DNA of 64,000 nucleotides. Source: Salpingoeca rosetta (taxonomy: Eukaryota > Protista > Choanoflagellata). The position numbers were made by a program, and so were the translations under genes. Positions 28,662 to 40,875 of the stretch are shown here, one piece after another; position 1 is the stretch's first letter; every line of letters begins with the position of its first letter. The notes under the pieces were generated by a model. That model was not told where the DNA came from. It saw nothing but the letters and a program-made list of their open reading frames with translations, and ran no database searches. Where the stretch lies: positions 179,881 to 243,880 of the forward strand of contig JAWQFM010000002.1 of assembly GCA_033442325.1 (NCBI GenBank), written 5' to 3'.

Positions 28662-29016
28662 ACACTGACACACACACACACACACACACACTAATACAAA
28701 CCACACAGACACGAAGAAGCATGAACATGTTGGTGGGTGTTTGTTTGTTCTTNNNNNNNNNNNNNNNNNNNNNNNNNNNNNNNNNNNNNNNNNNNNNNNN
28801 NNNNNNNNNNNNNNNNNNNNNNNNNNNNNNNNNNNNNNNNNNNNNNNNNNNNCGAAGGGTCGTGGCCAGCGAAGGGGGCAGCGAGGTCACAGAGTCCCAG
28901 ATCACGGGCGCATACCTTCCCAGCACGTCCCGCACCACATAACCAACCACAAACCCACCAGCCACCACGAGCACAGTTGCTGTCCTTCCTCCCAGCATCG
29001 TCGTCGTCATCATCAT
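25188..29016 (-). CDS. N-terminally anchored ZZ zinc-finger + EF-hand protein (fungal-type architecture)
   Basis: Hydrophobic N-terminus [17 protein letters not shown] region [16 protein letters not shown]|[23 protein letters not shown]|[25 protein letters not shown] loops [12 protein letters not shown] and [12 protein letters not shown]. Last exon [28 protein letters not shown] 100-N gap lies inside the gene. Confidence 0.82.
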
Positions 29017-29077
29017 TGTTCCCGTTTTCGCTGATTGACTGTCGCTCCTCCTCCTTCCCAACACACACGCACACAGC

Positions 29078-29209
<132 letters not shown>

Positions 29210-29254
29210 CATACACACGCACACACATACACACGCACACACAAGCAACCAGGC

Positions 29255-29944
29255 ATGGCAACGCACACCGTCATGGACGAGCGGACAAAGGTGTGCTCAT
29301 GTGTGCGTGTGTGTGTGTGTGTGTGCGTGTGTGAAGGCACTGCTTCCCTCTGCACCCCTTGATGGCGTTGATTATCACCGTCGTAACGTCTTGCTCCTCC
29401 GCACACGCATCCACCCACCACCATACAACATCCATCTTCTTGGCAGGCCGCGTTGAAGGTTGCGTATCAACAGGGCGTTGGTGGTGCAGAGGATGTTGAC
29501 GTTGACTTTGGTGATGACGATCAGGTACCACCAGCAGCTGCGCACCCACTTTGTGTGGTATGCTCTGCGTGCACGATCCCCGCGTCGAGTCGCATGTGTG
29601 AAGTTCGCTCACCAGCGTGTGTTGTGTCCTCGTTTGGACTTTCACTCCCAGAACGTTGAACCGCTGTGGTTCGAGCAGCCTGTGCCCGACGATGAGACGG
29701 CCAGCGTCACAGCCCTTCGATACACATGCAAGGCCGGAGCAGGCGTGCTGCACGGTATGCAGATGCTTGAGCGCGCGCGTGTGTATGTGTTGTACATTGG
29801 GTTGCTTTGCGCTCGCTTCGCTCACATTTGGCGTGTGTGTGTGCAGTCCTGGATACGGTGGGTGAGTGGCTCGCAGCGTTCTTCGGCATTACAACACCGC
29901 GGTACCAGTATGTGTTGGACGATCTCATCGCACGCCAACGCGAG
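29255..29944 (+). CDS. FAM177A1: FAM177 family protein (first four exons; 3' part in the gap or at 31365)
   Basis: MATHTVMDERTK|AALKVAYQQG..DDDQ|NVEPLWFEQ..GAGVLH|VLDTVGEWLAAFFGITTPRYQYVLDDLIARQRE. This matches the FAM177 core DxxGExLAxxxGITxPKYQYxID. Confidence 0.8.
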
Positions 29945-29969
29945 GTAGAGCGTGCGTGAACTCTCTGTG

Positions 29970-30043
<74 letters not shown>

Positions 30044-30057
30044 CGCGTGTGTGTGTG

Positions 30058-30089
<32 letters not shown>

Positions 30090-31242
30090 TGCGTGTGTGT
30101 CTTGGTACCTCGCGTTCTGCCTGTCTGTGTCCATGGGTGTGCCTTCCACACGAGGCAGGCCTGCACTCTTGTCCTCACTTCTTCAACGCCACGTTTTTTT
30201 GTGATGGCTGGATAATTCTGATCGTTCCCTTTATCCGTTGGACCTATCTGTTTCTGTCATGTTATACTTAGTGTGCGACTTGATTATGNNNNNNNNNNNN
30301 NNNNNNNNNNNNNNNNNNNNNNNNNNNNNNNNNNNNNNNNNNNNNNNNNNNNNNNNNNNNNNNNNNNNNNNNNNNNNNNNNNNNNNNNNNNNNNNNNNNN
30401 NNNNNNNNNNNNNNNNNNNNNNNNNNNNNNNNNNNNNNNNNNNNNNNNNNNNNNNNNNNNNNNNNNNNNNNNNNNNNNNNNNNNNNNNNNNNNNNNNNNN
30501 NNNNNNNNNNNNNNNNNNNNNNNNNNNNNNNNNNNNNNNNNNNNNNNNNNNNNNNNNNNNNNNNNNNNNNNNNNNNNNNNNNNNNNNNNNNNNNNNNNNN
30601 NNNNNNNNNNNNNNNNNNNNNNNNNNNNNNNNNNNNNNNNNNNNNNNNNNNNNNNNNNNNNNNNNNNNNNNNNNNNNNNNNNNNNNNNNNNNNNNNNNNN
30701 NNNNNNNNNNNNNNNNNNNNNNNNNNNNNNNNNNNNNNNNNNNNNNNNNNNNNNNNNNNNNNNNNNNNNNNNNNNNNNNNNNNNNNNNNNNNNNNNNNNN
30801 NNNNNNNNNNNNNNNNNNNNNNNNNNNNNNNNNNNNNNNNNNNNNNNNNNNNNNNNNNNNNNNNNNNNNNNNNNNNNNNNNNNNNNNNNNNNNNNNNNNN
30901 NNNNNNNNNNNNNNNNNNNNNNNNNNNNNNNNNNNNNNNNNNNNNNNNNNNNNNNNNNNNNNNNNNNNNNNNNNNNNNNNNNNNNNNNNNNNNNNNNNNN
31001 NNNNNNNNNNNNNNNNNNNNNNCGGTGAAAGGAGTCCAGTTTTCACATCCCACGCCACGCGCTTGGCAGACGGACGAGCTATTGCACTCACAGAGAAACA
31101 AATAGTGACACTCAGATTGAGACAAAAGAAAAAAAAAATATCACACTCACACACTCACTGAGAACACACACACACACAAGCACACACACACACACACACA
31201 GACACACACACAGACACAGACACATACACAGACACAGACACA

Positions 31243-31281
<39 letters not shown>

Positions 31282-31300
31282 AGACACAGACACAGACACA

Positions 31301-31359
<59 letters not shown>

Positions 31360-31534
31360 CCCAGCGGCGGCAGCCTCACCGCTTGCTGAGCGGGATGGAC
31401 GAGGTGGAGGTGAGCGAGACGCGGGCGATGGTGGCCATAGCGAACGACAGCAGGATACAGAACAGCAGACAGTTGTTGTTGTTGGCGTCGCAAGAGCAAC
31501 AGCATAAATTGCACAGCACATATCGTCTCACGAG

Positions 31535-34365
31535 ATGACTGAGCGCCGTGGTGGTGGTGGTGGTGGTGGTGGTCGACACGTGCCTGGGGGCATGGATGAC
31601 TACGAGGAGATGCTGGCTGCGTACCAGCGCGGAGAGCTGGAGCCAACGGCGGCACGAGTGACGCGCGCACGACCACGCGATGCAGGTCATGAGACACAGC
31701 GCCCAACAGCGCCCCCTCGTGATACAACAGGTGCAGATGCAGCAAATTCCGCTGCGATTCGTGATGACGAGCGGAAGGGGCACGATGGTGACAGTGGTGG
31801 TGACAGTGGTGGTGGTGTGCATGTGCCGCCGATTGAGTCGCCAGCATCCCAGCCGCTAAGTGGCCAGGTTGTGGAACGCAAGGGTGGGCGCAGCTTTGGC
31901 CTGTCAGAGCACGGCAGGCTCAACGCTGCTTCCGTGCAGCAAGAGGAAGCGCTGCAGCGGCTTTCCGGGCGCATGACCGGCAAGGACCGGCCTCGCAAAG
32001 GGAAGAGCCTGTTCGCCGCGCAGTTTGACGCCACCTTCGGGGCCCCACAGCCAAAACAACAGCAGCAGCAGCAGCAACAGCAGCAACAGCAGCAACAGCA
32101 CAGGGGATCACAGGCTGCTCGGCTACCGACAAGAGCGGCAGTGGCAAGTGCTCGCGCTGCAATGCCACAGCCGCTCGCTGGCGCTGCCACGGACACTTTG
32201 CATCGCGTTGAAAGTGTGTACTTTTGTTGGTGCCACTGCATGGCGCCGTGTTCTTGTTTTTTTTTGTGTGTGCGTGCATGCGTGCGTGCGTGCGTGCGTG
32301 CATGCGTGCGTGTGAGTGTGCATGCGTGTGTGTGTGTGTGCGTGTGTGTGCATGCGTGTGTGCATGCGTGCGTGTGTGTGTGTGTGCGTGTGTGTGCATC
32401 CGTGTGTGTGTGTGGTGTCCAAGCTGAACTCACCGTTTGTGTTCCCAAGCCGAATCTCGTGTGCGTATGCGTGAACAATGTGTACGACGCTCACGCGTGC
32501 GTGCACTTGGTGTGCTGTTGCCAGACATGACACCTGAGCAGCGCGCCGAAGCGCTGGCGGAGGTGCAATCCTTGCTGGGTCCAGAGGTGTTTGCGATGAT
32601 GCAGAGCAGAGTGAAACGAAAGCTGCAAAGCCAAGGCAAGCTTCCCTCCAGCAGCACCACCCACTCAACAGCAGCAGCAGCAGCAACAACAGAAGCAGTA
32701 ACAGCAGCCGGTGCAGGCGACTCTACCCGCAGTACTGAAGGGACGATGGCCGATGATAAGCAAGAGGATGAGCCTGTGCCTTCCACCTCTTCGCCCGGTG
32801 ATGGGCACGACAGCGGCAATGCAGCTGAGCAGCAGCTGCTGGCGCAAGGAACCCGCTCTTCAGCCAGCCCCACCCAGCCAGCAACAGGTACAACAGCAAC
32901 GGCAACAACGACAGCAACAGCGACATCGACAGCGACAGGAGCAAAGCAGCAGCTTGTGTCAAGCGAAGGCGGGGAAATCGGGGAGGACGTGCTGGCGCGG
33001 CTGCCGTTCACACCTGAGGCCACGTGGGTCAACATGAATGTGGTGGAGACGGAAAAGCTGCAGTGGATGATGGGCGACCTTGGCGACGCCGACGACGATG
33101 ATGGCGATGCACAGCAGCAGGTGTGTTGAGCTGTCCGTTGCTTGTAGCTGCATACATGGGTTGCATGTGTGCAAATGCGTGCACGCATTCGTGCTCGTGT
33201 GTTGTGCGTGTGTTGTTTTGCGTATGAGTGAGGTGTAGCGACATGCATTTGCACGGCGGTGGCAGTGGTGCCTTTGCAAGCTCTCGGCCACCACCCAGTG
33301 ATGGGTCATGCACACCGTACCACCACAACACCAACACCACCACAACACCAACTATAACACCAACACCAACTATAACACCAACACCACCACAACACCAACT
33401 ATAACACCAACACCACCACAACACCAACACCACCACAACACCAACACGAACGTCATCACCAACATCAACATCAACACCAACACCACGACAACACCAACAC
33501 CACCACAACACCAACACCAACATCATCACCAACACCAACACCAACACCATCACTAACACCAATAACAACGCCACGACGGACTGCAGGTGCGGTTTGACTT
33601 TAGCGGCGCTGTTGTTCCCTCGGGTGCAGATGTGTCCACGAAGACAGGGCTGTACCACCACGGCCGCGCTCCAAGCAAACCAGGATACACGCTTGCAGGT
33701 GCGTAGGAGTGGTGGTGGTGGTGGTGGCAGTCGTGACTGCCGCGTGTGTTTGTGCTTGTGTGCTGTTGGCCGCATTCCACTGTTCACGTCCATCACGAAC
33801 CCCCCCTCCCCTCTCGTGTCCGGTGCACGACCACTGTTTGGCAGAGCTCTTGGAGATGGTGCGTAGCAGTGTTCCTGCACAGCGCGTTGTCGGCTTGAGG
33901 ACCCTGAATCGCATCATCGCAAGGTATCGACAAATGCTTTCATGCGCATATGAGCAGCAGCAGTGTCATTACACCCCAACAGCCTGTGTGCAGTACACAC
34001 ACACACACACACACACACTCACACACTCACTCACTCACTCACATGCACGCACACACATACACACACACACACATACGCTCCCCTCTGCAGGGCGATGAAC
34101 GGGGAGTATTCGGATCGCACGTCCACCTCGCATGACAGCAGCACCATTCTAAATGCGCTGGTCCAGATGGGCATCACACTTTTCTTGCGTAAAGCCTTGG
34201 ATGAGGACAGCGTGTCCATCTGCACACTTGCTGCTCAGGTGCATGGCTCGTTGGTGTTGCGCAACTGCACAATGCGCAATGCGCTTGTGTTTTGGGATAG
34301 TGGAGAATGCGCTGGGTGGTGGTTGTGGTTGCAGTATTGCACTGCCATGGCATAACGTGTGTCAG

Positions 34366-34447
<82 letters not shown>

Positions 34448-36429
34448 ACACACACCCTCACACACGCACACACATGCACACTCACATGCGCACTCACATG
34501 CTCCCGCTTCCCTTGATCTTGGACATTCTTCCCCCGCTGCTCAGGGCATTTCGCGGCTGTTGAGTGCGCGTGCACACGACCAGCTGCTGAACGTGAGCGC
34601 ATCGTCACCACTCGCACATGTGCGCGTTCCCCTTCGTCCCGCGCACCGCCCACTCGGCGATAGCAGCAGTGATGAGGGTGATGATGAGGGTGATGATGGT
34701 GATGGTGATAGCGTGGAAGGTGGTGATGGCAAGAAGGCGACAGGCGGTGCATTGGGTGAAGCGGAAACGGACGAGGAAGACATTGGCGACGATGATGACG
34801 ACGAGCAGTACGGTGTTGGTGCAGCGCGCAGTAGCAGCAGCAGTGACGGTGCTGGTGTTGATGCGCGCTTGAGTGCACGTGGGCAGCGTCGTCTCGTCCG
34901 ATGGGCGGGGCGGGATCTCTGCCGCGCACTCCGGGATATGGACGTCTTGCTCCGCCTCAGATACATCATCGAGGCGAGGCACTCTGTGTGCTTGCGTGTG
35001 CTTGCTCGTGTGCGGATGCAACTAAATGAATGTGTGTGTGTGTGTGTGTGTGTGTGTGTTCGCATGTGTGACAGATGCCCCGTTTCCCCCTTTCTCAGAC
35101 ATTCACCGCCACTGTGCCATGTCCATTCTACCCTGCGTCCACGGCATGCAACAGGTTGCGCAAGTGCCCGCTGCGTTTGATCCTGCATTGACGATTGCCA
35201 TTCGAATTGCGCGGCACTCATCTCGCAGGTGAGGTGGTGCTGGGATGCACACACGCGCGTGCGTGTGTATGTGTGTATGTGTGTATGTGTATGTGTGTAT
35301 GTGTGTATGTGTACGTGTGTACGTGTACGTGTGTGTACGTGTGTGTACGTGTGTATGTGTGAAGACGATTGTGGCAGTGTGCTTCCCCTGATTGTCGTCT
35401 CACATCAACAACAACCACCACCGCCACCACCGCCACCACCACCACCACCACCACCACCACAACTACAACAATCACCATCATCATTATCACCACGACCTTG
35501 ACCTCATAACCATAATCCCTTCAATCACCTTCAACAACCACCGCCATCAATACCAACCCACCATCAACCATCAACCCCCCACCCCCACTTCAACCACCGC
35601 TGGTCAGTGCCCTGCACGTGGTGGAGACACCACGTCTCGTCGCTGCCGTCATCCGCATGTTCGTCCGCCACGAGCAAGCCGCCTTTGAGACGCAGGAGGC
35701 AGCAGCGGCAGCAGCAGCGTGCCACGCCAAGGTTGGTGTGCAGCAGACGCTGCTGACACATCGTAATGATGGTGGTTATGATGGTGGTGGTGGGAACGAG
35801 TGGTGCTCATACTCAATGTATCGACATGTGAGAGCACCAGTATCTTCACCTTGCCACACACACACGTAACACACGAAACACATGAAACACATGAACACAT
35901 ACACACAAATACACACACACACACACACACACACACAAATACACACACATGTGCACTGGTGCAGGCGATTGTGCTGCTTCGCGTGTTGTGTGAGGGGAGC
36001 AGAGCAACAGCAAGGCAGCTGCAGCCGACGCTGCTTGACGAGCAGGTTGCATCGGCTGTCCTGGGCCACATCTCAAACCACCACTCGCGACGCGAGCTCC
36101 TGCGCACCCTGGCCGTCTACATGAGGTGCAGAGGGAGACTACACCTTTGCATACACACAGTCACACAGCGAGACAGGCAGACACAGACGGACAGACAAAC
36201 ACAGAAACCGACAACCAGACAACACAACACACACGCGCCCCCCTGCGTGTCACTTGGAGCGTGCCTGCATGCCCATGACGTACCTGTTTCCTCATATACT
36301 GCCTGCCTGTTGGTTTTGCGTGTGGACGACAGGTACGGGCTAGGCGCACACATTCTCACCGACCACTTCACCGCACTCCTGCAGCTCCTGAGCCAGTGCT
36401 TTGCTGAGAAGGTCAGCAGTAACACCACC

Positions 36430-36517
<88 letters not shown>

Positions 36518-37464
36518 CACGCACGCACGCACGCACACAAGCGTGCTGTGTCACTTCCTTCAACCACACGTCGTTCGTACGACCCTCCTCACCACTCGAC
36601 CCCCTTCTCCTTTCGCTGCAGGCATATGACGACTGTGTTGCGATCCTGCAATCTGTTGCCGCTGCCACTTGCATCGCCAGCACAGCAGACACCACACGCG
36701 ACGTCCACAGCGCCGTGCACTGGTCAGCTGTTATCCCCTTTGTTGAGTCTGCAATGACCATCGCATCCTCCCTCCTGCACGCGCCTGCCGGTGGTGGTGG
36801 TCGCGAAGGCAGTGATAGCAAAGGCAACGATGATGGTGGAGAGGGTGGCAGTGGTGGTGGCATCAACGTGCATGAGAGTGGCGATGACAGCGTGAAGTGC
36901 GGGACGAGCAGCACCGCATCAGAGCATGTGGATGACAACGACGAAGACGGCCAGTTGCTGTTGTTGGCGGCGTGCTGTGGCGTGCTGACGTCCTATCTGG
37001 ACTATGGCGCCACGTCGCTGGCGTCCGGCGCGCAGTCGTCACTGGACAGCGTGTCTACCTCTGTCCTGCACCCGCTGCTGTCCTCTCCGCTGCTTCCGCG
37101 CGCCGTCGATGCCATTTGCGCAAGCGTGGACCTCTCCGAAGCGAGTGCGCACTCCATGACCTTCCATCCCATCGCCCTCACGCCTGCGGCGTTTCATCAT
37201 GCTCGCCGCCTGATCGCGTCATGCTCCCTCCTGCGTGCAGCTGCCGCCCTCGTCGCTGCGCTCACCAGTATCAACAGGTATACACACACACACACATACA
37301 GGCATGGTTAAGTGACACTGGGTGCCTGTGCATGTGTGTGTGTGTGTTGATTCTCTTCTTGTTTTGTGCAACCACAATTCTGTTTGGTGCGTGATTTGCG
37401 CCTTATTTGACCACCACCACCACACCACGTCTGACATGCAACTCAACCACTCTCTGCTCCGACC

Positions 37465-37558
<94 letters not shown>

Positions 37559-39361
37559 CCACCACCACCACCACCACCACCACCACCACCACCACCACCA
37601 CCACCATGGCCACCCTGTAGGGCGGCGTGTGCGGAGTGTCCGTTGTTTCTTCTGTCGCTGCCTCGACTGCTGGCTGTGGGCACAACGCTGCGACCAAAGG
37701 CATTGCAGCTGCACCTCATCCACCGCCACTTCACGGACGCCGTGGAGCTGTGTCTGCATGCAAGCACCCAGAACGACTGGCTGGGCACCGTGCAGTGCCA
37801 GCCGCACCACCTGCTTGCCCTCCTCACCCAGTTCACGCCCGGGCAGGAGCAGCAGGTACGCCGCTTCCTGCTTGGCGCCGTTGTTCCCGTGTGCAGCGCC
37901 CCCGGCCCTGTGATCAGCAGCATCACAGCTGCGCTCGAGGCATCCGTGCTCCACCCGTCCCGCCTGCAATGGTCGTCGTCGGCTCTCGGGCTGGCAGCCG
38001 ACACACGCACGTGCATGGTGGCACCACGCATGTCCCACGACGCCACTGTGTACGCCCACAGTTGTGTGCAGTGGTGTATGTGTGTGTGTGCGTGTGTGTG
38101 TGTGTTTATGTTTCTGTTGTTGCGACCATGACACTTGGACGTGCTGTCCGTGTGTGTATGTGTGTGTGTCCGTGCGTGTGTGTGTACACGTGTGTGTGTG
38201 TGTGTACACGTGTGTGTGTGTGTGTGTACACGTGTGTGTGTGCATTGATGTGGTGTACACGTGTGTGTGTGCGTGCATTGATGTGTGTGTGTGATATTGC
38301 GGGGTCGATCGCGCGTGTTTTTCCTGCAGTTGAGTACATGTTGCAGGGTTGTGTATTGACCTTTTGCTACTTCTGTCATGGTCGGTATTTGTCTTGACAG
38401 CCTTCCTGTTCGAAGCGACTGGATGTACTGGCCGCTGCTGTCCTCCGTGGAGGTCCTTCGCCAGGTTCCAGACATGGACACCGCCGATGACGGCGCACTT
38501 GCGCCAATCAGAAACGACATGCTCCTCTCCCTCACTTTCATCCACACCCTAACGCAAGCCGTGGTGCGTGCGTGAGTGACTGTGTGCTTGTGCGTGTGAT
38601 TGGGGGTGCGTGTTTGTGTTTGTATTAGTGCGTGTGTGCGTGTTTTCCCCTGTATTTGCACCTGTGCCTGCGTACTTTCTTGTTCACTCACCGCCAGCTC
38701 TCAACCCGCCACCACCCCCCCCCCAACAAATATCCGCAGCCGGAGTACATGACGACGCGTGTGTCTGCCAGCCGTCGCCTATCGTCGCTGCTCCGTGTCC
38801 TGTGCTGCCCGGGACAGCTGTATCTCTTCAAGGACATTGCAAAGGTGACACACAGCCCTCAGCAGCCGGGCTTTGCCTGCATTGGTGCTCGTTTGTGTCG
38901 TTTGAGGTGATTCATGCTGACATGTTGGTGCTGGAGTGTCCACATATGCCCCTAAACCCCCCCCCCCCCCAACCGCACCTCAACCATTTCCCTCTCTGCT
39001 CCATGCAGGCGATGACCGAAGCGCTTGCTGATATCCGAGGCTGTTCTGCTGCTGCGAATGCAGCCTTTGCTGTCGGCAGCCGTGCGGAGGTGTCTGTGCT
39101 GACGCAGGTGTATGTGGATGTGCTTGAGGAGTTTGTCACGGCGTCGTACGGCAGCGAGGTGGTGAGCCTTGCGCTCATCAAAGGGTTTGCCCGCGGCTTC
39201 CCCGCTGCCCTCACCTCCCACTGCCTCGGCAACGACCGTTTTCCGGACATGTGCGAAGTGTTGCAGTCGACAATGGCTGCAGATGCCCTCGCCTACCTGG
39301 TGTGTGTTTATGTATGTGGTGTACTTGCATTGTGTTGTTGTGTGCTTATATTGTTTTGTGG

Positions 39362-39408
<47 letters not shown>

Positions 39409-40558
39409 GTGTGTGTCGAGCTGAATGATGACTTTCGCGGTGCTGTGCAAATGCTTGCATTGTGGTGTTCCTTTTTGTTGTACATCCCCACGTTCTGTAC
39501 GGTACCCATGCCTTATCTTCCACCTCCACACCTCCACATGCGGCTCACATCCTCGCCCTGCTCTCGACAGCTACCGCTGCACACTGATCGGCAAGTCCTG
39601 GACCTCTTCATCACCAGCCTCCACCTTCGCCAGGTATGCGGAAATGTGGCGCATGTGCGTGGTGCAACGCACAGAAGGCGTGGTGTAGCGCACAGCGGAC
39701 ACACACACACACACAGGCACGTCTCACCATGCCCGTGTCTGTTTTGATGTTTGTGGTTCTTCTCACCCTGAACTTGCGTGTCTGCTCTTGCGCGTGTGTA
39801 TGGCTGCAGTTTGAGAAGGATGCGTTTGTGTATCGGCTGAGTGTGCATCACACGGCCGGTTTCCTCTTTGCCGACTTTGGGGAGCATTCTGCAGAAGCGC
39901 AAAACGTGTTCAAGGTGAGTGTGCGTATGTGTACATGCGTGCGTGTGTGGTTTGTTTGATTGGTTGGTGTCGCCTTTTACCTTCTCTCTCTCTCTCTCAC
40001 ATACACACAACCACGCAAACACACACACACATACACACACTCGAACACACACAAAACACACACATACACACACTCGAACACACACAAAACACACACACAC
40101 ACGCAAACACACACACAACCACACACACACAACCACGCAAACACACACACATACACACACTCGAACACACACAAAACACACACACACACGCAAACACACA
40201 CTCGAACACACACAAAACACACGCAAACACACGCAAACACACACACATACACACACAAAAACACACGCACACACGCAAACACACATGCACGACACCCCAC
40301 ACAACACCACAGAGCGACAAACACGCTGACCGCCATCGACGGCACGCGATTCGACGCATGGTCATGGCCATGCCCGACGATGTGTTGGGCGATGTGCTGC
40401 GCTACACAGCGGAGTACGTGACTGCCCGCTACGTTGTGTTTCCCTTGGAAGGTTCCATTCCACCCACACGCCTCACCGCCCTCAACTCGCTCCCACACCA
40501 GGACGAGCAGTACCGCGCCGCGCTCGCGCACAAGCGCCTACACGGAAAATCACATTAA
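31535..40558 (+). CDS. RPAP1: RNA polymerase II-associated protein 1 (RPAP1/Rba50), many exons
   Basis: RPAP1_N motif [32 protein letters not shown]1_C motif [23 protein letters not shown]|[21 protein letters not shown]. Also [28 protein letters not shown] and [11 protein letters not shown] at 40556-40558. Confidence 0.9.
40000..40290. repeat. Compound CA-rich minisatellite with recurring CACACTCGAACACACACAAAAC units in the last RPAP1 intron
   Basis: The unit recurs four times with CA-rich spacers. Confidence 0.85.
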
Positions 40559-40875
40559 ATCATTCGCAAATCGTCAGTAACGGAGTCAGGCAGGACCAGC
40601 AGCCGAGCAAGGATGATGACGAGTGGTGTGCCACCGCAACGTGAGTGGCAGCACGGTTCTGTCGGAGACAACCAGCGCACACACAAACGAAGAGTGTTCC
40701 TTGCAGACACAAGACACACACACAGCCAAACACACAGCCAAACACGCATACACAACAAACATACACGACAAACACACAGTCACAGACACGCATAGCCCCC
40801 CCCCCCAAATAACACAGGCAGATTCTTCATCTGCTGTTGTGATCTCAACGACCACCTTTGGTTTTGTTTGTCCAG

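Noticed and set aside
28853-29054. Alternative minus-strand frame [17 protein letters not shown] for the ZZ-EF N-terminus
   Set aside because: The Met-initiated hydrophobic frame fits the family better. The gap prevents a firm decision.
34974-35154. Possible GC-AG intron in RPAP1
   Set aside because: A canonical in-phase GT donor lies 12 nt downstream, so the non-canonical site is not required.
40000-40290. Recurring ~22-bp unit with spacers, superficially CRISPR-like
   Set aside because: The spacers are CA-rich near-copies, the locus is a eukaryotic intron and no cas genes are present. It is a minisatellite.
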